The notes below the pieces were generated by a model. The model ran no database searches. It saw only the letters and a program-made list of their open reading frames with translations, and had not been told where the DNA came from. From Malacoraja senta (Eukaryota): 64,000 nucleotides of DNA. The position numbers and the translations under genes are program-made. Each line of letters starts with the position of its first letter. The stretch's first letter is position 1. The stretch covers positions 5,022,001 to 5,086,000 of the forward strand of contig CM075988.1 of the NCBI GenBank assembly GCA_038087875.1. Reading direction: 5' to 3'. Shown here in pieces: positions 50,395 to 63,430 of this stretch.

Positions 50395-50862
50395 GTAAGT
50401 GGGCTGAAGGATGGAATTACATCTGCCTGGAGAGCAGAATTACTTTTGTTCGCGGAGTTACAATGGCCTATTGGAGTGCATCGTTCTGCTTCCAAAGGCA
50501 TAGCCAGGCCACTAAAATCTATAGTTTAGTTTGGTTTAGAGATACAACATGGAAACTGGCCCTTCGGCCCACTGAATCCGCGCCAACCAGCGATCCCCGT
50601 TCGCAAGCACTATTCTACAAACTTGGGACAATTTACAATTTTCACCGAAGCCAATTAACCTACAAACCTGTACGTCTTTGGAGTGTGGGAGGAAACCGGA
50701 GCACCCGGGGAAAACCCACATGGTCACAGGGAAACAGCACCCTTAGTTAGGATCAAACCTGGGTCTCTGGTTCTATCGATGTGCCACCCTTATAGACAGA
50801 AGAAACTGCTGAAAGCTCAAAGGGGCAGGATTAATCCTGGGAAGTGATAGGCGGATACAGGT

Positions 50863-51728
50863 AACATAGAAACATAGAAACGTAGAAATTAGGTGCAGGA
50901 GTAGGCCATTCGGCCCTTCGAGCCTGCACCGCCATTCAATATGATCATGGCTGATCATCCAACTCACTATCCCGTACCTGCCTTCTCTCCATACCCTCTG
51001 ATCCCTTTAGCCACAAGGGCCACATCTAACTCCCTCTTAAATATAACCAATGAACTGGCCTCGACTACCCTCTGTGTCAGAGAGTTCCAGAGATTCACCA
51101 CTCTCTGTGTGAAAAAAGTTCTTCTCATCTCGGTTTTAAAGGATTTCCCCCTTATCCTTAAGCTGTGACCCCTTGTCCTGGATTTCCCCAACATCGGGAG
51201 CCATCTTCCTGCATCTAGCCTGTCCAACCCCTTAAGAATTTTGTACGTTTCTATAAGATCCCCTCTCAATCTCCTAAATTCTAGAGAGTATAAACCAAGT
51301 CTATCCAGTCTTTCTTCATAAGACAGTCCTGACATCCCAGGAATCAGTCTGGTGAACCTTCTCTGCACTCCCTCTATGGCAATAATGTCCTTCCTCAGAT
51401 TTGGAGACCAAAACTGTACGCAATACCCCAGGTGTGGTCTCACCAAGACCCTGTACAACTGCAGTAGAACCTCCCTGCTCCTATACTCAAATCCTTTTGC
51501 TATGAAAGCTAACATACCATTCGCTTTCTTCACTGCCTGCTGCACCTGCATGCCTACTTTCAATGACTGGTGTACCATGACACCCAGGTCTCGCTGCATT
51601 TCCCCTTTTCCTAGTCGGCCACCATTTAGATAATAGTCTGCTTTCCTGTTTTTGCCACCAAAATGGATAACCTCACATTTATCCACATTATACTGCATCT
51701 GCCAAACATTTCCCACTCACCCAGCCTA
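50863..51728 (-). mobile_element. 5'-truncated CR1-clade LINE with an uninterrupted ORF2 C-terminus (young copy)
   Basis: ORF 50967..51716: WQMQYNVDKCEVIHFG...LYRVLVRPHLGYCVQFWSP...RTRGHSLRI...FFTQRVVNLWNSL. Tail (TTTCTATG)n. Confidence 0.95.
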
Positions 51729-54700
51729 AGGTGGGGGGGGGGGGGGGGGGGTGGGAGAGGGGGGTGATTGGCGGATGATTGGACAATGGCCAGAGATGAA
51801 AAGACAATACATCAAGTCACTTTTATTTACATAGCTCATTTAAAAAACAACTCTCGTTGGCCAAAGTGCTTTACATTGGTATACGAATAGTGTGAAATAA
51901 GGTGACCAGGTATGAAATGTGAAGCCAGAGAAAGGAATACAGGTAGAAAGGGGCAGGCATTGGGAAAACTGAGAAATTGGTGTGCTTCTAGGAGGGTCAC
52001 AGAGAAGAGAGGGAAAAACGGGGAGGGGAGAGAGTAGGGTGACATTTATTTTCAAAACAGAAAAGACTGGAAATACTCGGCGGGTTAAACTGCCATCAAT
52101 TGGCTGCATCAGTCTGAAGAAGGGACCTGACCCAAAACGTCACCTTCCATGTTCTCCAGAGAAGCTGCCTGACCCATTGAGTTACTCCAGCACTTTGTGT
52201 CATTTATTGTAATCCATCATCTGCAGTTCCTTGTTTGTAAACCAGCATCTGCAGTTCCAGTTTACATGCATCTTTACTTATATTATTTTTTATAAGAACT
52301 AATATATTTCATCTTAATTTAAATCCACAGCAGCAAAGATGGGATTTGAACATGTGTCACAGATTATGAGTCCAATGGTGCATCTCCTCAGTGCCCAGTT
52401 GGGTATGTCTGACTATTCTTTCTTCCTTTCTTTATTTCCATGGATCCAAACTCTCCTTCTCTTCCATTTCCTGATCTGGGCTTCTCCCATTATCTTATTT
52501 CCCTTCTGGATGCACCCACCACTGCCCCATTTTAGGCCGGTTCTTGGCCTCTGCCTTGTTTCCACTGGAGGGAGAGTCTAAGACTAGAGGTCACAGCCTC
52601 AGAATTAAAGAACGTCCCTTTAAGAAGGAGACGAGGAGGAATTTCTTTAGTCAGAGGGTGGTGAATCTGTGGAATTCTTTGCCACAGAAGGCTGTGGAGG
52701 CCAAGTCATTGGAAATTTTTAAGGCAGAGATAGATAGATTCTTGATTAGTGCGGGTGTCAGGGGTTATGGGGAGAAGGCAGGAGAATGGGGTTAGGAGAG
52801 ATAGATCAGCCATGATTGAATGGTGGAGTACACTTAATGGGCCGAATGGTCTTATTCTGGATCTATCACATATGACGTTATGACCACATGACCTCTGCCT
52901 TCACAAGGGCATTCACCCTTGTATTCTGATGTCCACCAGAACATGAATGAATTTGCCCAGGCTTAACGGTGTTTGTCACTTCTTTCATGGACTAATTATT
53001 CTTGAACTGAAGTTCCTTGAGCTCCACTGGTGAGACCTGCGGCGAGAAGCCTGAATGATCGACATCATGGTCCATGTGCTGAAGATAGACACAAAGTGCT
53101 GGAGTTACTCAGCAGGTCAGGCAGCATCTCTGGAGAAATAGGATGGGTGATGTTTTGGGTTGGGACCCTTCTTCAGACTGAAAGTAGAGGGGAGGGAACT
53201 CCAGCACGTTGTGTCTGTCTTCAGTATAAACCAGCATCTTTCTACTCACATGGTCCATGTGCTCTTCATTGTCTAACCATTTGTCTACTATTTGGTCTGG
53301 GCTTTGTCATCAATGTCCTTCACACCCTGTGTGTGCATTTATCAATTCTGAGTTAGAGTCATAGAGTCAAACAGGCCCTTCGGCCCAACTTCCCCACACT
53401 GGCCAAGATGTCCCAGCTGCACTAGTCCCACCTGCTTGCGTTTAACCCATATGCCTCCAAACCTGTCCTATCCGTTCCTGTCTAGCTGTTTCATAAATGT
53501 TGAGATAGTCCCTGCCTCAACTACCTCCGCTGGCAGCTTGTTCCATACACCCACCACCCTTTGTGTGAAAAAGTCACCCTTCAGATTCCTATTAAATATT
53601 TTCCCCTTCACCTTAAACCTATGTCCTCTGGTCCCAGATTCACATACTCTGGGCAACAGACTCTGTGCATCTACCTGATCTGTTCCACGCATAATTTTAT
53701 ACACTTCTATAAGATCACCCGTCATCCTCCTGCCCTCCAGGGAATAGAGTCGCAGCCTAGTCAACCCCTCCCTATAGCTCAGACCCTCTAGTCCTGGCAA
53801 CATCCTCGTAAATCATCTCTGTGTCCTTTCCAGCTTGGCAACATAGTTCTTCATGTTTCCACCAGTGTCTCCATTCCTGCAGTCCACATTGGCTTCAGAC
53901 TGATCTGGCCCAGAATTGTGGTTTCCTCCATCTTCTCTGCTCTGACATCCAACCACTCGCGTAATGGGTGACTACTGTGTCACCTCGTTGCTCCAGGCGG
54001 AGACCATCTCAAGCACCCAGTCGACACTGGGAACACAGGGGCAGACTGCGGAACTACACTCTCTTATCATGAAGGCACATGGAACAGCAGATGCTGGCTT
54101 ACAAAAAGAAACACAAAGTGCCTGGAGTAACTCAGGCAGCATCACAGGAGGACATGGATAGGTGACGTTTCAGGTGGGGACCTGTCTTCAGACCTTCTTC
54201 AGTCTGAAGAGGGTTCTGAACTGAAAGATCGTCTATCCATGTCCTCCAGAGTTGCTGCCTGACCCGTTGAGTTACTCCAGCACTTTGTGTGTTTTTTTTA
54301 ATGAAACCAAGTAACTGAGAAAGAATCCTTTGCCCCAAGCATCAGGCAGCCCACGTTCTTCCTAGTTTAGGGTTTTGGAAGATGGAATATGACGATATGA
54401 CTTTGTGATAACATTTAAGTTGAATATTTATGTTGATATTAAATGCCAGGAGAATTCAACCGAGCATATTTTTGTCTCATCATGATTGTTGTGTACTTCA
54501 GCTTTGTATCATTAATAATAAATGTGCTAGCATTAAAATCTGAAGTGAGCTGGTATATACAGCAGATGTTCTATAAACATCAGTGGCTCTGCGAGATGAA
54601 TGCACGGCTACAGGGAGACATGGTGGTGCAGCGGTAGAGCTCCTGCCTTACAGCACCAAAGTCCCGGGTTCGATCCCAACTACGGGTGCTGTCTGTACGG

Positions 54701-55038
54701 AGTTTGTACGTTCTCCCCCTAGCCTGCGTGGGTTTGCTCCGAGATCTTCGGTTTCCTCCCACACTCCAAAGACGTACAGGTTTGTAGGTTAATTGGTTTG
54801 GTGTAAATGTTAAATTGCCCCTAGTGCGTGTGGGGTAGTGTTAATGCGTGGGGTGGATCGCTGGTCGGTGCGGACTCGGTGGGCCGAAGGACCTGTTTCC
54901 ACGCTGTATCTCCAAACTAAAGTAAACTAAACATTGAACATCTGCTGTCAATACTGTTGGCAAAATATTCCAATTGATAACTACGGAAGCAAACTAGGTT
55001 AGAGCGAAAGTTGGTGTGAAATGAATGTGCTGGCTCAG

Positions 55039-55107
55039 CTGGAAGAGTGGCTCGATGACTATTGACCATCCATCAGTGCCAGTGACAGAACAAGGGGATT
55101 TACTGTG
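55039..55107 (+). pseudogene. Candidate pseudo-exon
   Basis: CAG|...|GTGAGT, 69 nt, phase 1-1, GRVAR*LLTIHQCQ*QNKGIYC. Confidence 0.3.
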
Positions 55108-57861
55108 GTGAGTAAGAGAGGTGTCGCAATGAACTATTGAATCTCAATCATGGTCATGACTATTTTAAAGCTTTGCAGGTGTCTTGGAAGGTCCCGAGTG
55201 GGATGTCAGGTGAATATGGATTAGTTGCATTCGGAAATGCCTTTAGATGGATGATACCTTGAGGCTCATCACCACAATTTTCCCACTTCATCCTACCGAG
55301 CTGTACTTGTGAGCAATTGCATTCCTGACTTTGAAAGCCACATTATTCAAATGTTATTTCTTTCCAATTCATACTTCACAACATTGAACGAGTTACGTTT
55401 CAGACCAATGAGTCTATGCCGAACAATCCCATTTCCCACTAGTTTTCTTTTTAAGCTATTCGCCCCATCAACTCTCCCTGGATTCTGCCGCTAACCCGCT
55501 TACCAGGGGCAGTTTTCTCTGGCCAGTCAACCTGACCAACCTGCATGCCTTTGGGAAGAACCTTGAGCACCTGAACAAAACCCGTGTGGTCACAGAGAGC
55601 ATGCAAACTCCACAGAGATAGCACTGGAGGCCGGGTATACATGACAAGCATTATGACACAAGAATATTGATTTCTCTAACTTCAAGTAACCCTTGCATCC
55701 CCTCTCTCACCATCCCTCCCCCACCCAAGTTGTGGTACTAGATTCAAAGTCATTGTCTCATTGTCTGTAACTCGTTTTCACCTCGCCCACATCTAACAAT
55801 GGCCTGTTTCCTTTATCATATTGTTACTTTTTTGTCATTTCTTCTATATCTCTGTACATCATCGTTTTTATCTCTCATTTCCCTTTCCCCTGACTCTCAG
55901 TCTGAAGAAAGGTCTCGACCCGAAATGTCACCTATTCCTTTTCTCCAGAGATGCTGTCTGTCCCGCTGAGTTACTCCAGCTTTTTGTGCCTTTCTTCTGA
56001 CAAGCAAAGAGGACCTCTCCCTGGTCACTGGAACAATCTGGTCAGAGCCCTGAGAGTAGAAGGTTCCTGAGAGTCTAGTGGTCCCTATGAGGGTTTGATT
56101 GATTGAAACAGGCCTTTTGGCCCAGCAAGTCCATGCCAGCCATCAATTACCTATTCACACTAATTCTCTGTTATACCACTATATATCCACACCCTACAAA
56201 CCAGAATGTGCAGGAAGGAACTGCAGTTGCTGGCTTACGTCGAATATAGACACAAAATGTTAGAGTAACTCAGCAGGTTAGGCAATATCTCTGGAGAGAA
56301 GGAATAGGTGATGTTTTGGGTCAAGACCCTTCTTCTGATTACCCAAAATGTCACCTATTGCTATTCTCCAGAGCTGTTGCCCGACTCGCTGGGTTACACC
56401 AGTATTTCCTGTCAACCCAACACACCAGAGGCAATTCACAGAGGCCAATTATCCTACCAACCTGCACGTCTTTGGGATGTGGGAGGATACTGGAGCACCT
56501 GGAGGAAACCCCTGCGGTCACGGGGAGTATGTGTAAACACCACACAGACAACACCTGAAGTCAGAAATGGGATTGACCCTTGGTTCTGACACTGTGTGGC
56601 AACAGCACTATCCTCTGTGCCACTCTGCCACCTCAATAGATAGAGCTCATGGATGGAGATACTTTATACCATCTGGTATACCACCATGGGCGGCATGGTG
56701 GCATAGCAGTTGAGCTACCGCCTTACAGCACCAGAGATCCGGGTTCGATCCTGACTACAGGTGCTTGTCTGTACAGAGTTTGTACCTTCTCCCCGTGACC
56801 TTTGATTTCCTCCCACACTCTAAAGACATACAGGTGTGTAGGTTAATTGGCTTGGTATAAAATGGAAAATTATCCCTTGTGTGTGTAGGATAGTGTTAAT
56901 GTGCCGGGATTGCTGGCTGGTGTGGACTCAGTGGGCCGAAGAGCCTATATTTGCACTGTATGTCTAAACTAATTAACACCAGAATGCTTCGAGAGGTTGA
57001 GAAAATTCAACACAACAGGTTTCTATGACTTTATTCACCGCTTATAATGGAATGAAGTAAGCCATTATTTTTGCTTTGAAAATGATTAATAATAATGGTT
57101 TCCCACATCCTGCATGACTGCCATAAATCATCGATGAAGTGATTATTTTTAGTTTACAGTGCAGTAGAGAAGCAAAGGTTTTTAAACCATGAGCACACCA
57201 AACGCAATGACCACTCAGGCACACAACTGAGCATTGGAGACACACTAATATGTGCGCATGCGTTTGTCCAGACCCTCACCCTCAGTCTACCAGGAGTTCC
57301 CGGCTAGGGGGCCCAACCCTCCAGTAGGGCCAGCTCACCCGCTGTGGACTGGACACGCCCAGTAGGCTTGGCTCACCCGCTGCGGATGTCGATTGGACCC
57401 GGGGCACGAGAGCGAGAAATCTCAAGAGTTGAGGTGAGCCATCAAGGAGTGAGGAGGGGCAATCGAGGATTGACGAGGGCCATCAGTATCTCCCGGTGGG
57501 CGCAGCAGATGGTGGGTGGCCGAGGATGGGCCCGTATGGGTGCTACAAGTCAAATTAGCCCGCAGTGGGTGCAGGAGGCTGGTCAAGGATTGCATTGAAC
57601 AATTTGTAACTTTGTCGACACCCTATAGGTGGCAACTCTTTGCATACCTTGTGTACGGTGTGCAAAACAAAGTATATCACTGACATATCACATGGGATTA
57701 TAAAATATCAATCAATCAATCGCGAGGCGTTGCCTTTACCCGATTGCCATCACGGGCCCCATTGCTGGGCATCTGCTCTTGGCGTGCCCTCTAGTCACCT
57801 CTACCGGGCACCCAGGGGCACAGGTGGAACCTGGCTGGTGGGCTGGGCTGTGCGATGCTTC

Positions 57862-58197
57862 AGGGCCTGTCCCACTGTACGACGTAATTCAAGAGTTCTC
57901 CCGAGTTCTCCCCTGATTCGAGCTCGTGTAATGTACGTAGCGGGTATCTAGGAGCTCGTGGATGTCTCGTAGTGGCTCGTACGAGTAACGGTAGGTACTC
58001 GGGAAATCTGGTAAACTCGTGACGTTTTTTCAACACTGTGAAAAATGTCCACGAGTAAAAAAATAGTCGTGATGAAATTTTTAAAAACTTTTTACTCGTA
58101 CGAGCCCCTAAGTACCCGTTATGTACATTACACAAGCTCGAATCAGTGGAGAACTCGGGAGAACTCTTGAATTAACTCATACAGTGGGACAGGCCCT
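57862..58197. mobile_element. PIF/Harbinger-like MITE with ~100-bp inverted arms
   Basis: AGGGCCTGTCCCACTGTA..AATTCAAGAGTTCTCCCGAGTTCTCC..TGATTCGAGCT is mirrored at the right end. TAA on the right flank only. Confidence 0.85.
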
Positions 58198-59659
58198 TAA
58201 GCCTGGGGCTGGCACTGAGGCAATAGCACCCGGAGGGATCACCGATCATCATGGTTGCTGCAAGGCCTGAGCTGTCCTTGCAGCGAGCAATAGGACCAAC
58301 ATGCAAGGGTCAAGCACTGCTGCCCAACCAGTCTCCAGGCTCAACACCCACACCGCAAGGGGAGTTCACCACAAAGACGACATGGGGAGCTCATCACCTC
58401 AACTGCGTGGGGTTTCACAATATGGGAAGGAACTGCAGATGCTGGTTTACACCAGAGATAGACACGAAATGCTGGAGTAACTCAGCGGGTCAGGCAGCAT
58501 CTCTGGAGAGAAGGAACAGTTCGGGTCGAGACCCTTCATGAGACTGAGTGTCAGGGGAGAGGGGAAGTAGAAGTATGAAAAGGTACAGAACAAATCAGAG
58601 CTGGCACCGATGGCCAAGGAGCCAACAATGGTCCATTATTGGCCGTGGAGGAGATGATACTGAGGGGATACGAACAGAAAAACTGGCAGGACCACTAGAG
58701 TGGAAAAGGGATGGAGAGAGTTTGAATGCAAGGGTTACTTGAAATTAGAGAAACCAATGCTTGTTTATCTTTCTAATTAAGTTTTGGGACGAAGGTCTTG
58801 TTTTTTTGCAGTCTTCTTTGTTTTAGGAACATTACGTGTAATTTATTTAGTTTTGTTTAGCTTAGTTTATTCTCACATGTACTGAGGTACAGTGAAAAGT
58901 TTTTGTTGCGTGCGAACCAGTTGGCAGAAAGATTATCCTTGATTACTACCAAGCCATCCACAGTGTACAGATACATGTTCATGGGAGTAACAGCTAGTAC
59001 AAGATAAAGTCCAATAAAGATAATTCATATTTGTGTAAATTGTGTTGGTTGTGTGTCTTGGTTCTTTTCTTGTTGTATGACTGCAAAACCAAATTTCGTT
59101 TGAACTTCATTTGAGGTTCAAAAGACAATAAATAATTGTATTGTATTGTAAGGGTCTCCAATGAGGTAGATAGTAGGTCAGGACTGCTTTCTTAATTGAT
59201 GATGCGATGGTTCAGTTACCTGATAACAGCAGGGAAGAAAGTTTTCTAGATTTAAAGATTTAATGGAAAGAAAGTTTTCTAGATTTAAAGATGTAATGGA
59301 AAGAAAGCTGGGCAGATTTATGGATATTCTATGTATAATTTGTTTTTGTGTGGTTATTTGAATCTATATGTAAGGTTGCTGCGTGTAAGATTCTCATCAC
59401 TCCTGCACCTCACCTAACTTGTGCAAATGTCAATAAAGTCATCTCGACCCAAAAAGTCACCCATTCCTTCTCTCCAGAGATGCTGCCTGTCCCGTTGAGT
59501 TACTCCAGCATTTTGTGTCTATTTTCAACAATAAAGCCAACTTGAGTAACAGATTCCATTGCAGTGAAGTAATACTGAGACTTGCATTCGCCCAAACCCA
59601 AATCCAAACTCAACCACAGTTTTTTTTCCCCATCGCCCTGTACTTGCTGTTCTATACAG

Positions 59660-59839
59660 AGACGACTCCTCCGGATGTGTTTTAAGTCCTCCCATGGCTT
59701 CATCTCTCCCAACCTCTGGAGCATCTCATACATGCTGAGAAACCGATGAAGCTGAAGAATCAGCAAGGAGGCTGCACCTCACTGCAGGATATGAAGAAAC
59801 CAGATTGTCATGAATGGGAAGGTGTCTTGGACAGCAATG
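59660..59839 (+). pseudogene. Candidate pseudo-exon
   Basis: Long pyrimidine tract + CAG, donor GTATGC, 180 nt. Fragments GCVLSP, TSGASHTC*, TAGYEE and PDCHEWEGVLDSN lie in shifting frames. Confidence 0.33.
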
Positions 59840-60869
59840 GTATGCTCTTTGGTGTTGGACAACAATGTGAACATCCTGTGGCCTCTCATACTTCTTGTGA
59901 CTGTGTAATCCTCTGATATCTCTGCCCTCCTCCAATTCCAGCTGTGTTCAAACATAGATCCTTTCTCCACAGGCAGCTGTGAATTTCGTCCACTAATTCC
60001 CTATCCTAAACCTTGGATTCTCTCCTGAAATCTCTTCACTTTTCATCTGCATCTTCCTACTTTATAATGCTCTTTAACAGACATCCTAAGAATAAAAAAA
60101 AGGAGGAGAGTATCACTGTTTAAATATTTTAAAATGCTCCAATTCCCTCATTAAAAAATCTGTGCTTTTTGAAACTTCATAACATAACCTACTCCAAAAT
60201 AGATGCAGGGAGCTACAGTATCTTTGGTGTAAACCAGCATCTGCAGTTCCTTCCTACACATTCAAGTCGTCATCAACTTGTTCAATGAAGGAAACAAGAG
60301 AATGCACTACAGAATTAATATCATAGAACATAGAACATTGCACAGTACACACCAGGAACCAGCCCTTCAGCCCACAATGTCTGTGCCGAACAGCATGCCA
60401 AGAGCAACTCTTATCTGCCTACATATTATCCATATCCCCTCATTCCCTTCATGTCCACGCACTTATCCAAAAGTCTCTTAAATGGCACTATTGTATCTGT
60501 CTCAACCACCACCCCTGGCAGCGAGTACCAGACACCCCCCGCCCGCTGTGTAAAAAAACTTTGTCCACACATTCCCTTTAAACGTCGCCCCTCTCACGTT
60601 AAAGCTATATTCTCTAATCTTTGATATTTCTCTCCTGTGAGAAACTTCCTGTCTGCGCTATCTGTGCCCCTCATAAATATATATACTTCCATCTGGTCTC
60701 ACCCTAAATCACTGGCGGAAACCTCGGAGATTTAGGGGAGACAAGATAGAAGAAAATCCGCTACAAACAACTCCCACTGTAGAATCCCACCCTCCACAAA
60801 TAAAAAAATCCATTTCAATATCTTGGGAGGCCCCTAATCAACGGTTGACATGGACAATTAAATTTGCCG

Positions 60870-61050
60870 TTGTCTTCAGTGTTTCGACACAGTGTCTGGC
60901 CATCAAATGACAAATGTTTGATTCCTGCTCTCCTTCATACCTTTGAGACTTGGACAAGTTATCGCAAAGTACCGTAGATATTCCGGCATTGCTCTCTGTG
61001 AAAATTATCCAAATCAACTGGGACTGGTTAGCAAACCAACATACCATCAG
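60870..61050 (+). mobile_element. Old RTE-clade LINE ORF fragment
   Basis: IPALLHTFETWTSYRK...KIIQINW resembles the post-RT LLYGxETWT motif of RTE elements. Confidence 0.5.
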
Positions 61051-63109
61051 TTAGACCTAACCTGCTGGAGTAACTCAGCGGGTCAGACAACATCTCTAGA
61101 GGAAAGGAATAGGTGACGTTTTGGGTTGAGAAGGGTCTGAAGAAAGGTCTCAACATGAAACGTTACCTATTCCTTTTCTCCAGAGATGCTGCCTGACCCT
61201 CTGAGTTATTCCAGCTTTTTGTGTCCATCTTCAGTTGAAACCAGCATCTGCAGTTCCTTCCTGCACATCAGTCTGAAGAAGGGTCTTGACCCAAACGTCG
61301 CCCATTCCTTTTCTCCAGAGATGCTGCCTCACCCGCTGAGTTACTCCAGCATTTTGTGTTTACCTCTGTAATCAGTTAGTTTAGTTTAGTTTAGTTTAGT
61401 GATTTGTTTAGTTTCAAGTTTAGATTAGTTTAGTTTAATTTATTGTCACGTGTATCAAGATGCACGTGTACCAAGATGTTGCGTGCTATCCAGGCAGTGG
61501 AAACGCTACACATGATTACAATCGAGCCGACCACAGTGTACAGATACAAGTTAAAGGGAATAACTCAGTGCAAGATAAAGTTGAGTAAAGTCTGATTAAA
61601 AATAGTTCGAGGGTCTCCGATGAGGTAGATGGTAGCTCTGGAATTCGCTCTAGTTGGTGATAGGATGGTTCAGGGGCTTAATAACAGCTGGGAAGAAACT
61701 GTCCCTGAATCTGGAGGTGTGCATTTTCACATTTCTGTACCGTTTGCCTGATGGGAGAGGGGAGAAGAGGGAGTGTGCAGGGTGAGACATCCTTGATTAT
61801 GCTGCTGGCCTTGTCGAGGCAGCATGAAGTGTAGATGGAGTCAATGGAAGGGAGGTTGGTTTGTTTGATGGTCTGGGCTGCATCCACAATTCTTTGCAAT
61901 TTCATTCAGCATTGTTCAATCACCTGAAGGCAACCCCTGAAATTATCCTGAGATTCATAATGGCAAAAGATTCATGGAACTCCCTAAAGGTTCCTTGCAA
62001 AAAATGGAGCATTCCCACTGACCTCGTGACCCCGCGATCCATGGCTGGTTCAATGAGGAAGGGACATCTGGGATGGCAGTGGGAACCTTGAGTCCATGTG
62101 GTGGGAGCTAGATAGGGCTCTTAAAGATAGCAGAGTCAGGGGATATGGGGAGAAGGCAGGAACGGGGTACTGATTGGGGATGATCAGCTATGAACACATT
62201 GAATGGCAGTGCTGGCTCGAAGGGCCGAATGGCCTTCTCCTACACTTATTGTCTATTGTCTATTGAGCAAAGAGAATCCAATGTAAAAGGCAGGAGCACA
62301 ACTACCACTGTCATTCATCCCATCAGATATCTCGTGCCCTCTAACCTCCGCACATCAGCCAACTCCAAACTCCTAGAACTGGAGTAAGTCATCCTTGTTC
62401 CCAATATGAAATATGAGAGAATATGAAACTTACAAAGTAATGATTTAATGTTACCAGTGAAGTATATGACCAGAGTGTCAAACATTCTTTAGCATACAGA
62501 AGTTAGACAATAAAAGCTGGAGTAACTCAGCGGGTCAGGCAGTATCTCTGGAGATAAGGAATAGGTGACGTTTCAGATCAAGTTCCTTTAGTTTAGTTTA
62601 ATTTAGTTTATTTAGTTTAGTTTAGCTTAGTTTAATTTAGAGATACAGCATGGAAACAAACCCTTCGGCCCACCTAGTCCGCACCGACCAGTGATCCCCG
62701 CACACTAGCACTATCCTATACACACTAGGGACAATTTACATTTATACCAAGCCGATTAACCTACAAACCTGTACGTCTTTGGAGCGTGGGAGGAAATCGA
62801 AGATCTCGGAGAAAACCCACGCATTCACGTGGAGAACGTACAAACTCCATATGGAATGTACAAACTCTGTAGATCGAACCCGGGTCTCCGGCGCTGTAAG
62901 AGCTGTAAGGCAGCAACTCTACTGCTGCATCACCGTGCCACCCTATCTTCACATCTGTGCATCTGCAGTTCCTTACAATACAACTCTTTAGCACACATCT
63001 ACTGTTATGGATGTTGACAGCATAGACCACTGACAGAAATTGCAGAAGGAGTGGTAAGTAAAGAAGTTTGAAATGCATTTATTTGGTGTCAGAAGCTGAT
63101 GGATCAACG

Positions 63110-63430
63110 TAGCTTGCTCTTTGTCCCTCTGCTCAGAGCCTGCTCCGGGCTCAGAAGCACCATGGGTCCAGTGGAAGACGCTCAACTGCCTGAGAACAGG
63201 AACAGGACGATCAAAAGATGCCATGGCCAGATGGGGCTATGAAACTGGCCAAACCACCTGTGAATGTGGAGAAGAGGACCACACAATGCAGCACTGCCTT
63301 CTCTGCCCCCTACTACCCAACCAGTGCAGCTCAAAGGATCTTGCAGTCTTCAATAAAAACGCAAAGGACTGTGTAAAGGAATGGGAAACTGTCATTTGCC
63401 AACCAGCTTCAAAGACACGAAAAGAAGAAG
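63110..63430 (+). mobile_element. Vingi/Ingi-type LINE 3' end
   Basis: PGSEAPWVQWKTLNCLRTGTGRSKDAMARWG...CECGEEDHTMQHCLLCP (CxC-H-C zinc-binding C-terminus), very short 3' UTR, tail ACACGAAAAGAAGAAG. Confidence 0.72.

Noticed and set aside
59235..59306. Short tandem duplication AAGAAAGTTTTCTAGATTTAAAGAT
   Set aside because: Two-copy local duplication at the edge of a Rex1 fragment with no sign of function.
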